A stretch of 64,000 nt of DNA from a virus, in the IMG/VR virus record IMGVR_UViG_3300043395_002432, positions 32,001-96,000 of that record; one strand, given 5' to 3'. Below are positions 46,162 to 56,587 of this stretch, in pieces. Both the position numbers and the translations under genes were made by a program. The notes under the pieces were generated by a model that did no database searches, had not been told where the DNA came from, and was given only the letters and a program-made list of their open reading frames with translations. The stretch's first letter is position 1. Each line of letters opens with the position of its first letter.

Positions 46162-47145
46162 TCAGTTTCCCTCAGGCAGCTCCACCGCCGCCAAGAACGC
46201 AGGCCGGAGCGGCACCACCGTGTCGATCTCCTTCGCCAGCGCCTGAAGCACCGAGAGGCGGTTCAGGATCGGCGCAAGGTGCGCTGCCTTGTTCCACTCG
46301 CCCAGCACCGACTCCTCGAGGGTCTTGTCGCAGCCCGCCACCAAGGACTCCGCGATCTGCCCGTGGCCCTGAAGCTCGGAGAGGTTCGAGGTCTCGATGA
46401 TCGCCTGGATCTTGTCGGCACACTCCGCAATGGCGAGGTTCAAGGTGCCAGCCGCCTCGAACAGCGCGAAGTCGAGAGGGTCGACCGGGGTCGTGGCGGG
46501 AGCCGCAGACTCGTTCAGGAGCGCCCGCAGGGCCGCGACTGACTCGTTCTTCGGAGCAGGAGCCGCAGCCTTCTTGAGGTGCAGCTTCGCCCGCAGCTTC
46601 GCCACCTTCTTCATGTGGCGCTTGGTGGAAGCCTTGCGGCGGTATACCTTCGCATACCGCTTGCGATCCGAGCGGTGCCGACGCCGCAGGAGCTTCGCCT
46701 TCATCTTCTCGGCACCCTTCAGGATGCGCTGCTTCACCTTCTTCAGCGAGCCACCCACCAAGCGCCGGATGAGCTTGAACGCCTCATCGAGGGACGCACC
46801 AGAGGCGACCGCCTGGGCGACCTTCTCGGTGATGTTCGCCTTCACGGCGTTGCGATCCTTGTCCTCGACCGCCTGCTCGGAGAGGATCACGTCGCTGGCA
46901 TACGCGGCGTCCACCATCTCCATGAGCGCGTCCACGACCTCGGCGGAGGTCTTGAAGCGAGACTCGGGCAGGACAATCGGGTCGTCCTGCTTGGTGGCCG
47001 CAGGCTCGGTCGAAGCGGTGGCGGCGGCTGGGGCGTCCGTGGTCTGCCGCTCCTCGGTCAGGGGCTTGGTGGCCACAGGCTCAGCCTGCTTGATCCCCAT
47101 GAAGCGCATGGCGCTCGCGGTCAGCTTGTCCTTGTCGATGCTCAT
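46162..47145 (-). CDS. Putative prohead core protein with basic central segment
   Basis: Between portal and protease; many [LI]xE sites; K/R-rich tract. Confidence 0.65.
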   Translation of the reverse strand: MSIDKDKLTASAMRFMGIKQAEPVATKPLTEERQTTDAPAAATASTEPAATKQDDPIVLPESRFKTSAEVVDALMEMVDAAYASDVILSEQAVEDKDRNAVKANITEKVAQAVASGASLDEAFKLIRRLVGGSLKKVKQRILKGAEKMKAKLLRRRHRSDRKRYAKVYRRKASTKRHMKKVAKLRAKLHLKKAAAPAPKNESVAALRALLNESAAPATTPVDPLDFALFEAAGTLNLAIAECADKIQAIIETSNLSELQGHGQIAESLVAGCDKTLEESVLGEWNKAAHLAPILNRLSVLQALAKEIDTVVPLRPAFLAAVELPEGN

Positions 47146-47155
47146 CTCAACTCCC

Positions 47156-47896
47156 TCATCTAAGGAGATGCTTACCGATATACACAAAATCGGCAAGGCG
47201 AGCGCCCAGGAGATCGTGGATCGCCACCTGCTCGTAGAGACTCAAGGCTCGAATCTCCTCTCGGGATGGCAAGGCGTCGAGCGTGCGGTGCATCGACGCC
47301 ACCAAGCGGTCGAGCGCGGGTCGAAGGGCTGGAGGAGCTTGAGGAGAGATCGGAGGGGAAGATGCTTGATACCGCTCGATCAGCCCCAGGATCTTCGACT
47401 CGACGATCTTCTGGAATCGAGCGGGATTTCGATCCTTCAGAACGAATTCGGCGCTCTCGAATTCCTCACTCTGGAGGTTGATCTCTCCCCAGGCGCTCTT
47501 GGTGAGGACTTCCTCCACACGCTCGAAGCAAGAGGGGATCGGGGTCTTCAGTCCTTCCTCCACAGCCTTCTTGGTGAAGTACCTCAAGGCTTCTTGAACC
47601 CAAGCCGACGCAGCCTCTCCACCCCAAAGCGCGAACGACACCCGAGCCGGATTCGGATAGCCCTCCTCTCCCTCGTGGAATCCCTTCGTCGTCTTCCACC
47701 CCTTGGTGCGAGCCAAGAAGCGATACATCCGATTCGCCTTCTCCTCGGAGAGCGGATCGCCCTTCAGAAGCGCACGCGCCTCGCGGACAGTCTGATCCTC
47801 CAAGCCGTCCCCACTCAGCCCCGCCTCATGCCACCGAAGCCCCTGCTCCAACTCGGCCAGCACCTCCTTTGGTGCAAGCAAGATCGAATCGCTCAT
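47156..47896 (-). CDS. Hypothetical head-module protein
   Basis: RMYRFLAR...GYP...RVS.ALWGGEA...W motif. Confidence 0.65.
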   Translation of the reverse strand: MSDSILLAPKEVLAELEQGLRWHEAGLSGDGLEDQTVREARALLKGDPLSEEKANRMYRFLARTKGWKTTKGFHEGEEGYPNPARVSFALWGGEAASAWVQEALRYFTKKAVEEGLKTPIPSCFERVEEVLTKSAWGEINLQSEEFESAEFVLKDRNPARFQKIVESKILGLIERYQASSPPISPQAPPALRPALDRLVASMHRTLDALPSREEIRALSLYEQVAIHDLLGARLADFVYIGKHLLR

Positions 47897-47923
47897 GTTC
47901 TCCTCCAACGAATTCGAATTCGT

Positions 47924-49780
47924 TCACTCCTCGCGCCGACGCGATCTCCGATCCTGCTCATTGCGAATCCCGGTGAGGATCTTGGTGCGCCGGATCTCCT
48001 TTCGAAGCTGGATCAGCTCTCGCTCGAGCTTGAGCAACCGCGCCCGCTCCTGATCTCGACGAAGGCGCTCCGCCTTCTCGTCCGCACCAAGACGCCGAAT
48101 CTCTCGAAGGAGCGTAGAGGACGTCGAAGCGTCGAGCGGATCGCGCTCAGTGAGGATCTTCTTGATCATCGGGTCAAGCACTGACTCTTGCGGTTCCTCG
48201 GGCATAGCTGCCTGCTGTGCCGCCATGATCTGCCCTTGTGCGCTTGCCTCGAGTTCCGCTTGCATGGCAGCAGCAGCACGATCCGCCTTCTCCTTCGCCT
48301 TGGTGACCTCACGCGCCTCCTGTTCAGAGAGACCGAACGCACGACGCAGAATGTCGTCCTTGGGAAAGAAGTCCACCATGCGGCTCGCAAGATCCGCCTT
48401 CGCGCTTAGCGCCTCGATCTGCGCCAGCTCGTTGATCTGCGACGGGGGCGTCATGTGAATGCTCCACTTCACCGCATCCGGGTCAATGCCCTTGGCAGTC
48501 AGGTGGTAGCGGCAGATCATGGACACGCCCGCGAGGATCTCGTTCTGAATTCGCTCCACGGTCGAAGCAAAGCGTGAGTCAAGCTGCGCGAGTGAAGCGC
48601 GAGTGTCGCCCTCTTCGAGCGAAAGATACGCCCGAGGAATCTTGAGCTTCGCCAAGACGTGCTTCAGGAAGTACTCAAGATCCTCGGTGTTCTGCCAATC
48701 CGCACCAGAGAGCATCTCGATCTCGGTGCTACGCTTCCCGTTCGAGGTCGCCACGAAGAAGTTCTCTTCTTGCCCAAGCGGGGAGGCGCGAAAGTCGATC
48801 TTCCCGTCAGGAGTCACAAACCGCTTCTTGGTGAGCATCGTCTTGGCGTTCTGAATGTGCGCCTGCGCCTGCTGCGTCGTCTTGCTGGTGGTGTCGATGT
48901 AAAAGACGAAGCGAGCGGGTGAGCGCGTGAGCTTGTAGACAATGGCCGAGTCCTCGAGCAGGGTCAGCCGACGCCACGCCCAGATCGCGTCATGCAGGAT
49001 TCCGTACCCGTAGACCGAGCTGCTCTCCCGAAGCCTCCAGTGAATGACCTCCCACGGCTCAAATGGCACCAAGCCCGTCGCACGAAGCTGCTCTTGGAGC
49101 TTCTGGTGGAAGAGCAACATGCTCCGAATGTCCTTGCTGTTTGGCTCAGGGATCGGCTTCTTCTTGATCTCCTGATACAGCACGGACGCCTGAACGTAAG
49201 CCTCCAACGAAAGCGTCCGCGAGGACAGTAGCTGTGCGAATCCAAGGTGCTTCCCGAGATCCGTCTCTACGCGGCGCATGCTGGAGGTCGGAAGGGGGCG
49301 AAAGCCCGCCACTCCCTCCTGCGAGTACGCGATCTCCGAGAAGCGATTTCCGTACAGGCAGAGCAGGCGAGCCGTCGAACGGAGGTCGTCCCCGATCTTG
49401 AGCCGATCCAAAAGGTCGTTCAGCTCCTTCTGAATTCCCTCATGCTCAGAGACGCACCAGACCTTGCGGTTCTGGAGGTGATCCTTCTTGGTGCTGTCGT
49501 CAGCGTAAATATCCAACGCCGTCGACAGCACGGGGTACTCGGACATGGCCTCGTAGTCCGCATACCGATTCTGCAGGTCGATCTGCTGGCCAAAGGCGGA
49601 AGACAGGCCACCAAAGGGAGAGGCGGTCTGAAAGGGATGCTCCAGACCGTAAAAGCGGGGGGCGGGTTCCTCAGCACCAAGACCAGCCCCCTTAGGAAGC
49701 TCCTTGGTGGTTTCCTTGACGGAAGCCTTAGGAGCCTCCAGAAGGAGGCTCTGTCCCACGATCTTGCTGAACCAGCTCAT
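47924..49780 (-). CDS. Portal protein (T4 gp20-like)
   Basis: RY.DYE.M...P..S.ALDIYADD; WRRL.LLEDS..VY.L.R.P.R.VFYID; EDLEYF......LKIP..YL. Confidence 0.95.
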   Translation of the reverse strand: MSWFSKIVGQSLLLEAPKASVKETTKELPKGAGLGAEEPAPRFYGLEHPFQTASPFGGLSSAFGQQIDLQNRYADYEAMSEYPVLSTALDIYADDSTKKDHLQNRKVWCVSEHEGIQKELNDLLDRLKIGDDLRSTARLLCLYGNRFSEIAYSQEGVAGFRPLPTSSMRRVETDLGKHLGFAQLLSSRTLSLEAYVQASVLYQEIKKKPIPEPNSKDIRSMLLFHQKLQEQLRATGLVPFEPWEVIHWRLRESSSVYGYGILHDAIWAWRRLTLLEDSAIVYKLTRSPARFVFYIDTTSKTTQQAQAHIQNAKTMLTKKRFVTPDGKIDFRASPLGQEENFFVATSNGKRSTEIEMLSGADWQNTEDLEYFLKHVLAKLKIPRAYLSLEEGDTRASLAQLDSRFASTVERIQNEILAGVSMICRYHLTAKGIDPDAVKWSIHMTPPSQINELAQIEALSAKADLASRMVDFFPKDDILRRAFGLSEQEAREVTKAKEKADRAAAAMQAELEASAQGQIMAAQQAAMPEEPQESVLDPMIKKILTERDPLDASTSSTLLREIRRLGADEKAERLRRDQERARLLKLERELIQLRKEIRRTKILTGIRNEQDRRSRRREE

Positions 49781-49820
49781 GCCCTGAGCTTACCCCACAC
49801 GGGGCAGTCGAGCGACTACT

Positions 49821-50294
49821 TCAGCTCCCCTGGAAGGGCTGGAGATCCTCGGGGACGTCGAAGAACTCCAGAGACTCATAGGCACGATCCTCGTCCTCAA
49901 GGCGGGTGAGGTCGTCCCGGTCGTCCTCAGCGTCGTCGTCGCCACGCCAGCCGTCGATCCCCATTTGGATCTGGTCGACCGCCTCTTGCAGCGTCGCTGC
50001 GCTGGCGACCGGGCAGGTGAACACCCAGCGATCCGTCGACACCGGATTGACGCGGATCGTGACCGCCTCAATCCAGTGGTCGGGGGAAGACCAGGGGAGA
50101 ATGCCGACCGCGATCACGCCGAGGTCGAATTCGGCGCGCAGGCCGAGCTGGTCGGCGCGCATGAAGTGCCACACGCGCTCACGCTGAGCGCGCTCATGGA
50201 GCGCCTCAGTGGTGAGGTGGATCGGGGCCGCGCTCGTCAGCGCGAGGGTGGCGGGGATCGAGGCGAGGGGGTTGGCGGTCGTCATGCCCCTCAT
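49821..50294 (-). CDS. Hypothetical protein
   Basis: 157 aa, acidic C-terminus. Confidence 0.55.
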   Translation of the reverse strand: MRGMTTANPLASIPATLALTSAAPIHLTTEALHERAQRERVWHFMRADQLGLRAEFDLGVIAVGILPWSSPDHWIEAVTIRVNPVSTDRWVFTCPVASAATLQEAVDQIQMGIDGWRGDDDAEDDRDDLTRLEDEDRAYESLEFFDVPEDLQPFQGS

Positions 50295-50325
50295 GTATCC
50301 CCAGCCTCATGGCTTGCCAGACCCC

Positions 50326-51249
50326 TTAGGCCGTCTTGACTTCTTCTTGACAGGATTCGTCCGCAGGAGGCGGGGGCGGATCTTCTGGTGCCGTATCCTG
50401 CATGAGCGCAGCCGAAGGAACGTACCCATTCAAGAGATCGAGAAGGACGTCCGCAGGCTCGATCCCATTCTCCTTGAATCCCCGCAGCTTCTCATGTAAG
50501 AAGGCGAATCGCTCCTCGGAAGCCACGTTGACGTAAATATGATCCTTGCCCCCGTAGGAGAACACCAAGAAGTGCGAGCCAAGCTCATTGCCGTCCGTCG
50601 TGAACACCTTCGAGATGATGTTGCTCAGATCCTCGGGGGTCTTGGCCCCTGAAGCGGCTTTGTCGAACTCTTGGAGCTTCTTGCTTCGAGTCTGCTTGTC
50701 TACGCTGTCCAGGGCTTGCTTTACGGAGAGCCGAGCAGACGACAGGAGCTTTTCATACGACTTGTCGTCGGTGATGCCCATTGCCTCCTGAAGAAGCTCC
50801 GCCGGGTGGCGAAGGATCAGATCCATGTAGAGCTTCGAGAATTTCTCGGGACTCACCCTGCCGTGGATGAGGTTGAGCCTCATGGTGATCAGGTTGCGAA
50901 GATCCTTGCAGGCTTGGTCGTTGCCCGCGATCTTGGGATCGTGAATGATCATGGCGGGTATGGTCGTGTGGCCAAGCGAAGCGCACGCACGCATGCGATG
51001 CTCGCCACCAATGAGCTGGAACGTCCCATGTGGGGTCGGCCATACCTGAATAGGGGCGATCATCCCAACCTCTTGAATCTCCTTCACCAAGCGAGCGAAC
51101 TCACGCTCGTTCATCGTGTTCGGATTCAGGGGATTCTTCTCGATCTTGGCGATCTCAAGAGCAGGATTGAAGTCGAGCGTATGGTGCGACGAAGTCGACT
51201 TCGCTGCCGTCGTTGCCAGAGCTTCTTGCGGATACATGACGTCGGACAT
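50326..51249 (-). CDS. ParB/Srx N-terminal domain protein
   Basis: NP.NPN.M....F..L...I...G...PI.V; IGGEHR.RA...LG...IP. Confidence 0.88.
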   Translation of the reverse strand: MSDVMYPQEALATTAAKSTSSHHTLDFNPALEIAKIEKNPLNPNTMNEREFARLVKEIQEVGMIAPIQVWPTPHGTFQLIGGEHRMRACASLGHTTIPAMIIHDPKIAGNDQACKDLRNLITMRLNLIHGRVSPEKFSKLYMDLILRHPAELLQEAMGITDDKSYEKLLSSARLSVKQALDSVDKQTRSKKLQEFDKAASGAKTPEDLSNIISKVFTTDGNELGSHFLVFSYGGKDHIYVNVASEERFAFLHEKLRGFKENGIEPADVLLDLLNGYVPSAALMQDTAPEDPPPPPADESCQEEVKTA

Positions 51250-51258
51250 GCCTGCTCC

Positions 51259-51615
51259 TTAGCGTTTCTTTCCCTGGTTCTCTTCAAGCCAGAGACGACC
51301 CCGCTCAGTCAGGATCGCCCACTCGATCTTGCGCGGGCCAGAAGACGAAGGACGCTCTTCGATCCGCACCAAGCCACGACGCTCGAGAGAGAAGTACGTC
51401 GACCGATCATTGAACCCGTCGTTGTAGCCAGCCGAGATCAGCGCAACCTCTCCCCGTGAAGCCACGCGCTGAAGCGCCGTCCGCTGATTGTACCCAAGTG
51501 GTTTGGTGGTGACATCCACAAGCCCCCCACGAGCCATGTCGTCAAACAGCGGATCGGTCTCGGAAGAAGCCATGCCATAGTCTAACCGAAGACTTTGCAG
51601 GCTGTTTGCAATCAC
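51259..51615 (-). CDS. Small basic protein, possible winged helix
   Basis: SLERRGLV......LTERG pattern. Confidence 0.5.
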   Translation of the reverse strand: MIANSLQSLRLDYGMASSETDPLFDDMARGGLVDVTTKPLGYNQRTALQRVASRGEVALISAGYNDGFNDRSTYFSLERRGLVRIEERPSSSGPRKIEWAILTERGRLWLEENQGKKR

Positions 51616-53048
51616 TCACCAAAGAGTCCGACCTGCGCTTGACGAGGCTTCGGCTTCGTGGCTTCGTCGTAGCGGGGCCGCTGCGGAAGCCCCTGAACCT
51701 CACGGGAGGCGTAGTCGCACCGACCGTAAATGACGGACTCCATCGCGGGATCTCGCTCAATGAGGGTGATCGACTGGCGATTCAGGACGGCAGCCACGCC
51801 CGTGGTGCCAGAGCCTGCAAACGGATCGAGGATCTCGCCACCGGGGGCCGTGATGAGGTTCAGGCACCAACGCATCAGCTCCACAGGCTTCACAGAGACA
51901 TGCGGATTCCAACGCTCGGTCTTGGTGCCGTCCGAATTGTCGAAGACCTTGAGCGGGGGCAGATGCTGCAAACCCAGATCCTTCTCCTCCAGGGTCGGCT
52001 TCGGGCAGTAGACGAAGCCGTCGTGATCCGTCCATTGGTGGTTGTTGAAGCGCATGCTCTCCGCCGAGAGCGGATCAGCGAACGGGTCGACCTGCCCATG
52101 CATCGCAAGCACAGGACAGCCCACGACGCACTTGGTGGAGGTGCATTCGAATGCGTGCGTCATGACCACGTTCGCCGGAAACCGCCCCATGTCGTAGCTC
52201 TGAGCAGGAAGCGAGCGATACTCCCCATGCGCGTTCGAATCGAGCAGCTTGCGCTTCCCTGAAGCCGTCACTCGCGCCCCCTCGGAGCCGATCCGGCAGG
52301 ACTTGATGTTGAAGCCCCCCGTCCCCCACTTCAGCATGTTCTCCGCAATGGTCGCCTCACTGATCGGCTTCTGCACCACTGAGATCGGCTCGGTCGCAGG
52401 CTTCAGCCCTGAATGCCAATCCTCGAAACGCTTGCCCTCCTCAGAAGCGGGGTGAAGGCGACGGAAGACGCGACTCTCCCCGTCCCCGTATCCTACGCTC
52501 GCCGTAGGATTGAGCAGCTTGGTGTGATCCCTTCCAGCCCCCCGATTCGACAGCTCCCCCTCACGGGAGCTGACACCAAGGTGGTCGTCGATGGCAAGCC
52601 CTATATTGAGACCCCGAGGCATCCCGGTCGCGTAGTGCCAAGTGATCATGCCGCGCTGCTGGAATCCCGCAAGACGAAGCGCCATCCCCATGAGGTCGAA
52701 CGTGCGCGTCCCAGAGAAGGTCAGCAGGTAGCCCCCAGGACGAAGGACGCGAAAGCACTCGTACCAGAAATCTGGCCCAGGCACCCAGGCATCCCACTCC
52801 TTCCCCCCGATCCCGCTCTTAGGCTTGGTGCGCGTCGCTGGCCCCGTGTACCGCTCCCCTCGAGCCTCCGCCTCCAGCACCAAGCGAAGCCACTCGCTCC
52901 ACTCCAGAAGCACCTGACGCTGCATCCGCTCCTGCTCCTCCGCAGAGGAGAGACCATACGGAGCATCCGTCACAATGGCGTGGTAGTAGTTGTCGGGGAT
53001 TTGGCGAAGGTACGCGAGGGAATCACCAATGTGTATCCTGGGAATCAT
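51612..53048 (-). CDS. N6-adenine/N4-cytosine DNA methyltransferase (beta class)
   Basis: TDAPYG (motif IV variant), RVLRPGG, LKPA.EPI, GRFPAN, H..VKP..LM, LDPFAGSGTTG. Confidence 0.92.
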   Translation of the reverse strand: MIPRIHIGDSLAYLRQIPDNYYHAIVTDAPYGLSSAEEQERMQRQVLLEWSEWLRLVLEAEARGERYTGPATRTKPKSGIGGKEWDAWVPGPDFWYECFRVLRPGGYLLTFSGTRTFDLMGMALRLAGFQQRGMITWHYATGMPRGLNIGLAIDDHLGVSSREGELSNRGAGRDHTKLLNPTASVGYGDGESRVFRRLHPASEEGKRFEDWHSGLKPATEPISVVQKPISEATIAENMLKWGTGGFNIKSCRIGSEGARVTASGKRKLLDSNAHGEYRSLPAQSYDMGRFPANVVMTHAFECTSTKCVVGCPVLAMHGQVDPFADPLSAESMRFNNHQWTDHDGFVYCPKPTLEEKDLGLQHLPPLKVFDNSDGTKTERWNPHVSVKPVELMRWCLNLITAPGGEILDPFAGSGTTGVAAVLNRQSITLIERDPAMESVIYGRCDYASREVQGLPQRPRYDEATKPKPRQAQVGLFGE

Positions 53049-53086
53049 GAACGCTCCGTGATAGGGCGATCTATCACAGGATCGGG

Positions 53087-53581
53087 TCATGTGCCTTCGG
53101 AGGGAGCCACCAAGCCGCGATCCCGAGCGTTCGAGAGCGCGATCCGAATCGCGGAGAGCAGCGTCTTCGGCATCGGATCGTCCGGGGCGAGCGTTAGCCA
53201 CGGGAGGGGGACGTAGCGCGTGTCGAGCGGGTCTTGGTGGATTACCAATTGCCACCCCGCGCACTCGGGGTCGTAGTCCTCGTCCTCGGGAATGAGCGTG
53301 TAGTACTCCAAGCTCAACGAGGTCTCCGCCTCGATCTCGTCGATGTCCGTCTCGCAAAGGATCAACGCGAGAATCCACAAGCCAAGCTGGTAGCCTGCAG
53401 GACGATGCAGGGGAATCCTCCGCTCTTGCTCCCCCGTCTCCTTCGACTTCCAATTCCAGTCAGGAATGAAGTCGGAATTGTTCTGCCAGGGGTGAAAGCC
53501 AAGCACCATGCGCGTGATCGGCGCAAGGACGGTGCGGACGGAGCCAGGAAGGCGGTTGACGCGAATGAAGTAGCTGTCCAT
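53087..53581 (-). CDS. Hypothetical protein
   Basis: GAGG RBS; 164 aa. Confidence 0.55.
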   Translation of the reverse strand: MDSYFIRVNRLPGSVRTVLAPITRMVLGFHPWQNNSDFIPDWNWKSKETGEQERRIPLHRPAGYQLGLWILALILCETDIDEIEAETSLSLEYYTLIPEDEDYDPECAGWQLVIHQDPLDTRYVPLPWLTLAPDDPMPKTLLSAIRIALSNARDRGLVAPSEGT

Positions 53582-53644
53582 CGGGTTCCCTCTCGCTCCC
53601 TTGTTCGATTCCTCCTTGGTGGGCAAACGAATTCGAATTCGTCT

Positions 53645-55930
53645 TCAGCCCATGATGAAGGGAGGGGCGGGGACGTCCGGGTTCGCGTCGCTCGTCCCCT
53701 TCTTCGTCTCAAGCCCCGCGTCGTTGAGCCGCTCTACAGGGGCGTACTCGCGCCGATCCAGCTCCGTCATGCCGCCCCCGTCCCACTCTCGCCAGTTCTC
53801 GGGGGTCTTCGAAGGGGAAACCCACTCCAACCCGTCCTCCTCTGTGGTGCCATTCGGATACTCCCGAGCAGCCTCAATCGCCTTCTGCGTTAGGATCGGA
53901 TCAGGCTCAGGGGCAGCACCACGAAGGTGACGTAGCTCCACGTTTTGGTGCCGGAACGGCGCTCGAGGATTGATCGAGTCCTGCGTGACCCAATGCGTGT
54001 CCTCGAGATCCGCCCCCCCATGCACCAAGTCCGAATCAATGTACGACGCCTGCCGAAGGGCCATCAATTCAAGGTTCGTCACCACGCCAGCCACAGCGTC
54101 AGACGTGTCCTTCGATCCACCAAGCGGGTGATCCACCTTCCGCGACAGCGGGTCGTACTCGAGCTGCTTCATCTCGGTCAGGAAGGGTTCGTACTCGTAC
54201 ATCCGAACACGCCCCTCCATGAGCGCGTTTCGAAGCGCCTCATACGCCTCCGTCCCGTCGTCCACCGAGAGGAGGTTCGCCGGTATCCCATTGTCACGAA
54301 GGATCTGGATTCCGTCCGCTGACTGATACTTGTCCAACGTCGTCAACGCTATCTCGAAGCCATGATCCCGAAGCGCGTAAATCAACGCCCGAATCTCTTG
54401 AAGCAGGATGTACTCTCCGCTCGGAGGCTTCACCCTCAAGACGAAGTCGATCTCGATCTCAGGCGCTGACTCGAAGTAGGTCTCCGCAAAGTCAGGCGAA
54501 CGCCGCTCGACCTGCACCAAGCGCGTCGTATGCCCCATGCTGATCCCAAGCCCGTCTCGCGCCAACGACTGATCGACATGGATCACACGAACCGAGTCAG
54601 GGTGACGACGCGGAACCCAACGATACTCATGATGCCCCATGCCAACCTTGATCTTCTTTCGCTCACACAAGACGTCCCAAAGCGGGAGTAGCTTGCTCTG
54701 AAGAATCCAAGTCTCGCTCGAGAAGGGATGCTTCAGCTCTGGACGGATCGTAGGACGGTACAAGCACGCTTGAATCGTCAAGAAGGACGCCACAGCGTCC
54801 GTAGCCATGCCAGCAACGTCCTGAATGCTCGACACGAGGTTGATCTGAAACTCCTTGACGTACTCAAACGGGACGTTGATGATCGTACTCCCGTCCCGAA
54901 GTGCCGATGGATGCACCTCCTCCTTCGGGGCCAGAATGCGAGAGCGTGTCGACCCCTGCCCCACCAAGACTCGGAAGTACTTGCCACTGAAGCTCTCGGC
55001 AGGCTTGACGTCCCACGTCGCCTTGTCAACCACGTAGGTGGTCGGATCGTTCTTTCGCTCGTTCACGCGACGCGCCGAGAACGAATTCGAAGTCGTCTTC
55101 GAGGACATCAGTACCGTCTTCATCGGCACCTTGCCCCCAGAGAGGAAACGGCTCTTGATACGATTCGTGAGCGTGACATACACACGCTCCGCAAGATCGA
55201 AATTCGCCGCCGTCATCGTCTGCCCAGGGGACTGAATGACAGGCTTCTTCCGGCGTCCCATGAAGTTCGTCTCGTCCATGAGGAAGCCAACGACGTCAAG
55301 ACCCAGCGCACGCTCAGAGTTGACGGAGCCAATCTCTACAATAATGCTCTTCGGAAAGCGAATCCCGTCCGCCCTCTCCGTCCAGGGAAACTCCTTCTTG
55401 AAGTAGGGCGAGCTGCTGATCTTCTCCATCACCTTGCCAAGCACGACGCTCTTTGCAAGGTGCAAGCTCTTCGACATGCAGAAGAGGTATATGTTGGAAG
55501 TAGGCGCAATCCCAAGCGCAGACTGCGGGGAACGCATACACGAAAGCTCGTAGAGCTGCCGACAGAAGATGATCGACCCAAGGAAGGTCTTTCCCCAACC
55601 CGTCGACCCTGTCAGGATAATGTCAATGTACCGATCCGCCTCGAAGATTCGATCCAGCTCGTCCTTCAGCGGCTCGTAAAGCGACTCGCACGATTTCCCG
55701 AGAAAGTATGGATCTTGCACGAAGGTTCGTATATCTACCGGCTCCCGATCAAAGACCGCACGCGAGATCGCTTGGTAGGTGCTGTTCGAGCCTATCGCCG
55801 CCTCTTGGATCATTCGAAGGAAGAGCCTCCGCTGCTCGGGCTTGAGTGAGGCTATGGAGTCCTCGATGAGCGCAGCCTCCTCCTCCTTGGTGCGAATGTG
55901 ATGCGAACGCCCACCGCGATTCCGTATCAC
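53645..55930 (-). CDS. Terminase large subunit
   Basis: Walker A TGSTGWGKT, Walker B FLMDE, nuclease HVD.S...D and KVDHP..GSKD.SDAVAG. Confidence 0.93.
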   Translation of the reverse strand: MIRNRGGRSHHIRTKEEEAALIEDSIASLKPEQRRLFLRMIQEAAIGSNSTYQAISRAVFDREPVDIRTFVQDPYFLGKSCESLYEPLKDELDRIFEADRYIDIILTGSTGWGKTFLGSIIFCRQLYELSCMRSPQSALGIAPTSNIYLFCMSKSLHLAKSVVLGKVMEKISSSPYFKKEFPWTERADGIRFPKSIIVEIGSVNSERALGLDVVGFLMDETNFMGRRKKPVIQSPGQTMTAANFDLAERVYVTLTNRIKSRFLSGGKVPMKTVLMSSKTTSNSFSARRVNERKNDPTTYVVDKATWDVKPAESFSGKYFRVLVGQGSTRSRILAPKEEVHPSALRDGSTIINVPFEYVKEFQINLVSSIQDVAGMATDAVASFLTIQACLYRPTIRPELKHPFSSETWILQSKLLPLWDVLCERKKIKVGMGHHEYRWVPRRHPDSVRVIHVDQSLARDGLGISMGHTTRLVQVERRSPDFAETYFESAPEIEIDFVLRVKPPSGEYILLQEIRALIYALRDHGFEIALTTLDKYQSADGIQILRDNGIPANLLSVDDGTEAYEALRNALMEGRVRMYEYEPFLTEMKQLEYDPLSRKVDHPLGGSKDTSDAVAGVVTNLELMALRQASYIDSDLVHGGADLEDTHWVTQDSINPRAPFRHQNVELRHLRGAAPEPDPILTQKAIEAAREYPNGTTEEDGLEWVSPSKTPENWREWDGGGMTELDRREYAPVERLNDAGLETKKGTSDANPDVPAPPFIMG

Positions 55931-56583
55931 TTGCCCTCCTTCGGCTCTTCCTCTCCCGTCTTCTTGGTGGTCGCAGCCACCACAGCATTGAACGCACGAA
56001 GGACTTGCGAGAGCTGCTGCTGCGAGAGCTGCTTCGTCGTAGGAGGCGGACGGAGAGGAGCGCCCGCACTTGGTGCTGTCGGCTCCGCCACCGTCGACGG
56101 AACGATCTTCTTCGTCATCTCAAAATACGTCGAGATCAACTCCTTCTGAATTCGAAGCTCCATCCCCGTGTAGCGATTCGTCACCGGGAGACGCTCCTCG
56201 AACTCAATCCCCTTCTGAATTCGCTTCTTCTGAATCCGAATTAGCTCCGCCATCTCCTCAATCGCATCGATGCGATTCTCAACGACCTTGGCAGCAGCCT
56301 CCACATGCCCAGGAAGAAATGGCTCCACAATGTCGATCTTCGCAAGCTCCGCACGAAGCGAAGTCACACGCCGAATCACCTCTTGCGGAGGGACGTCCAG
56401 CCAGATCCGATGATCGTCCTGAATGAACGACCGAACGCTATTGATCGCGTAGCCCCCCTTGATCCGGGCAAGGATCTGCTCGTAGCAAGGAAGCCGCTGA
56501 AAAAGCTGGTGATTCATCGAGATCGGATGAATCTCTGGCACCTCTACGGGGACGGGAAGCTCTGTTGGTGCCTTCCTGGGCAT
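55927..56583 (-). CDS. Hypothetical protein, candidate terminase small subunit
   Basis: Helical; GTGA overlap with terL start. Confidence 0.5.
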   Translation of the reverse strand: MPRKAPTELPVPVEVPEIHPISMNHQLFQRLPCYEQILARIKGGYAINSVRSFIQDDHRIWLDVPPQEVIRRVTSLRAELAKIDIVEPFLPGHVEAAAKVVENRIDAIEEMAELIRIQKKRIQKGIEFEERLPVTNRYTGMELRIQKELISTYFEMTKKIVPSTVAEPTAPSAGAPLRPPPTTKQLSQQQLSQVLRAFNAVVAATTKKTGEEEPKEGK

Positions 56584-56587
56584 GGCC

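Noticed and set aside
33469-48184. Long plus-strand ORFs (e.g. 33469-35124, 44178-45878, 46397-48184)
   Set aside because: Antisense shadows of well-supported minus-strand genes, expected in GC-rich DNA; no recognisable motifs.
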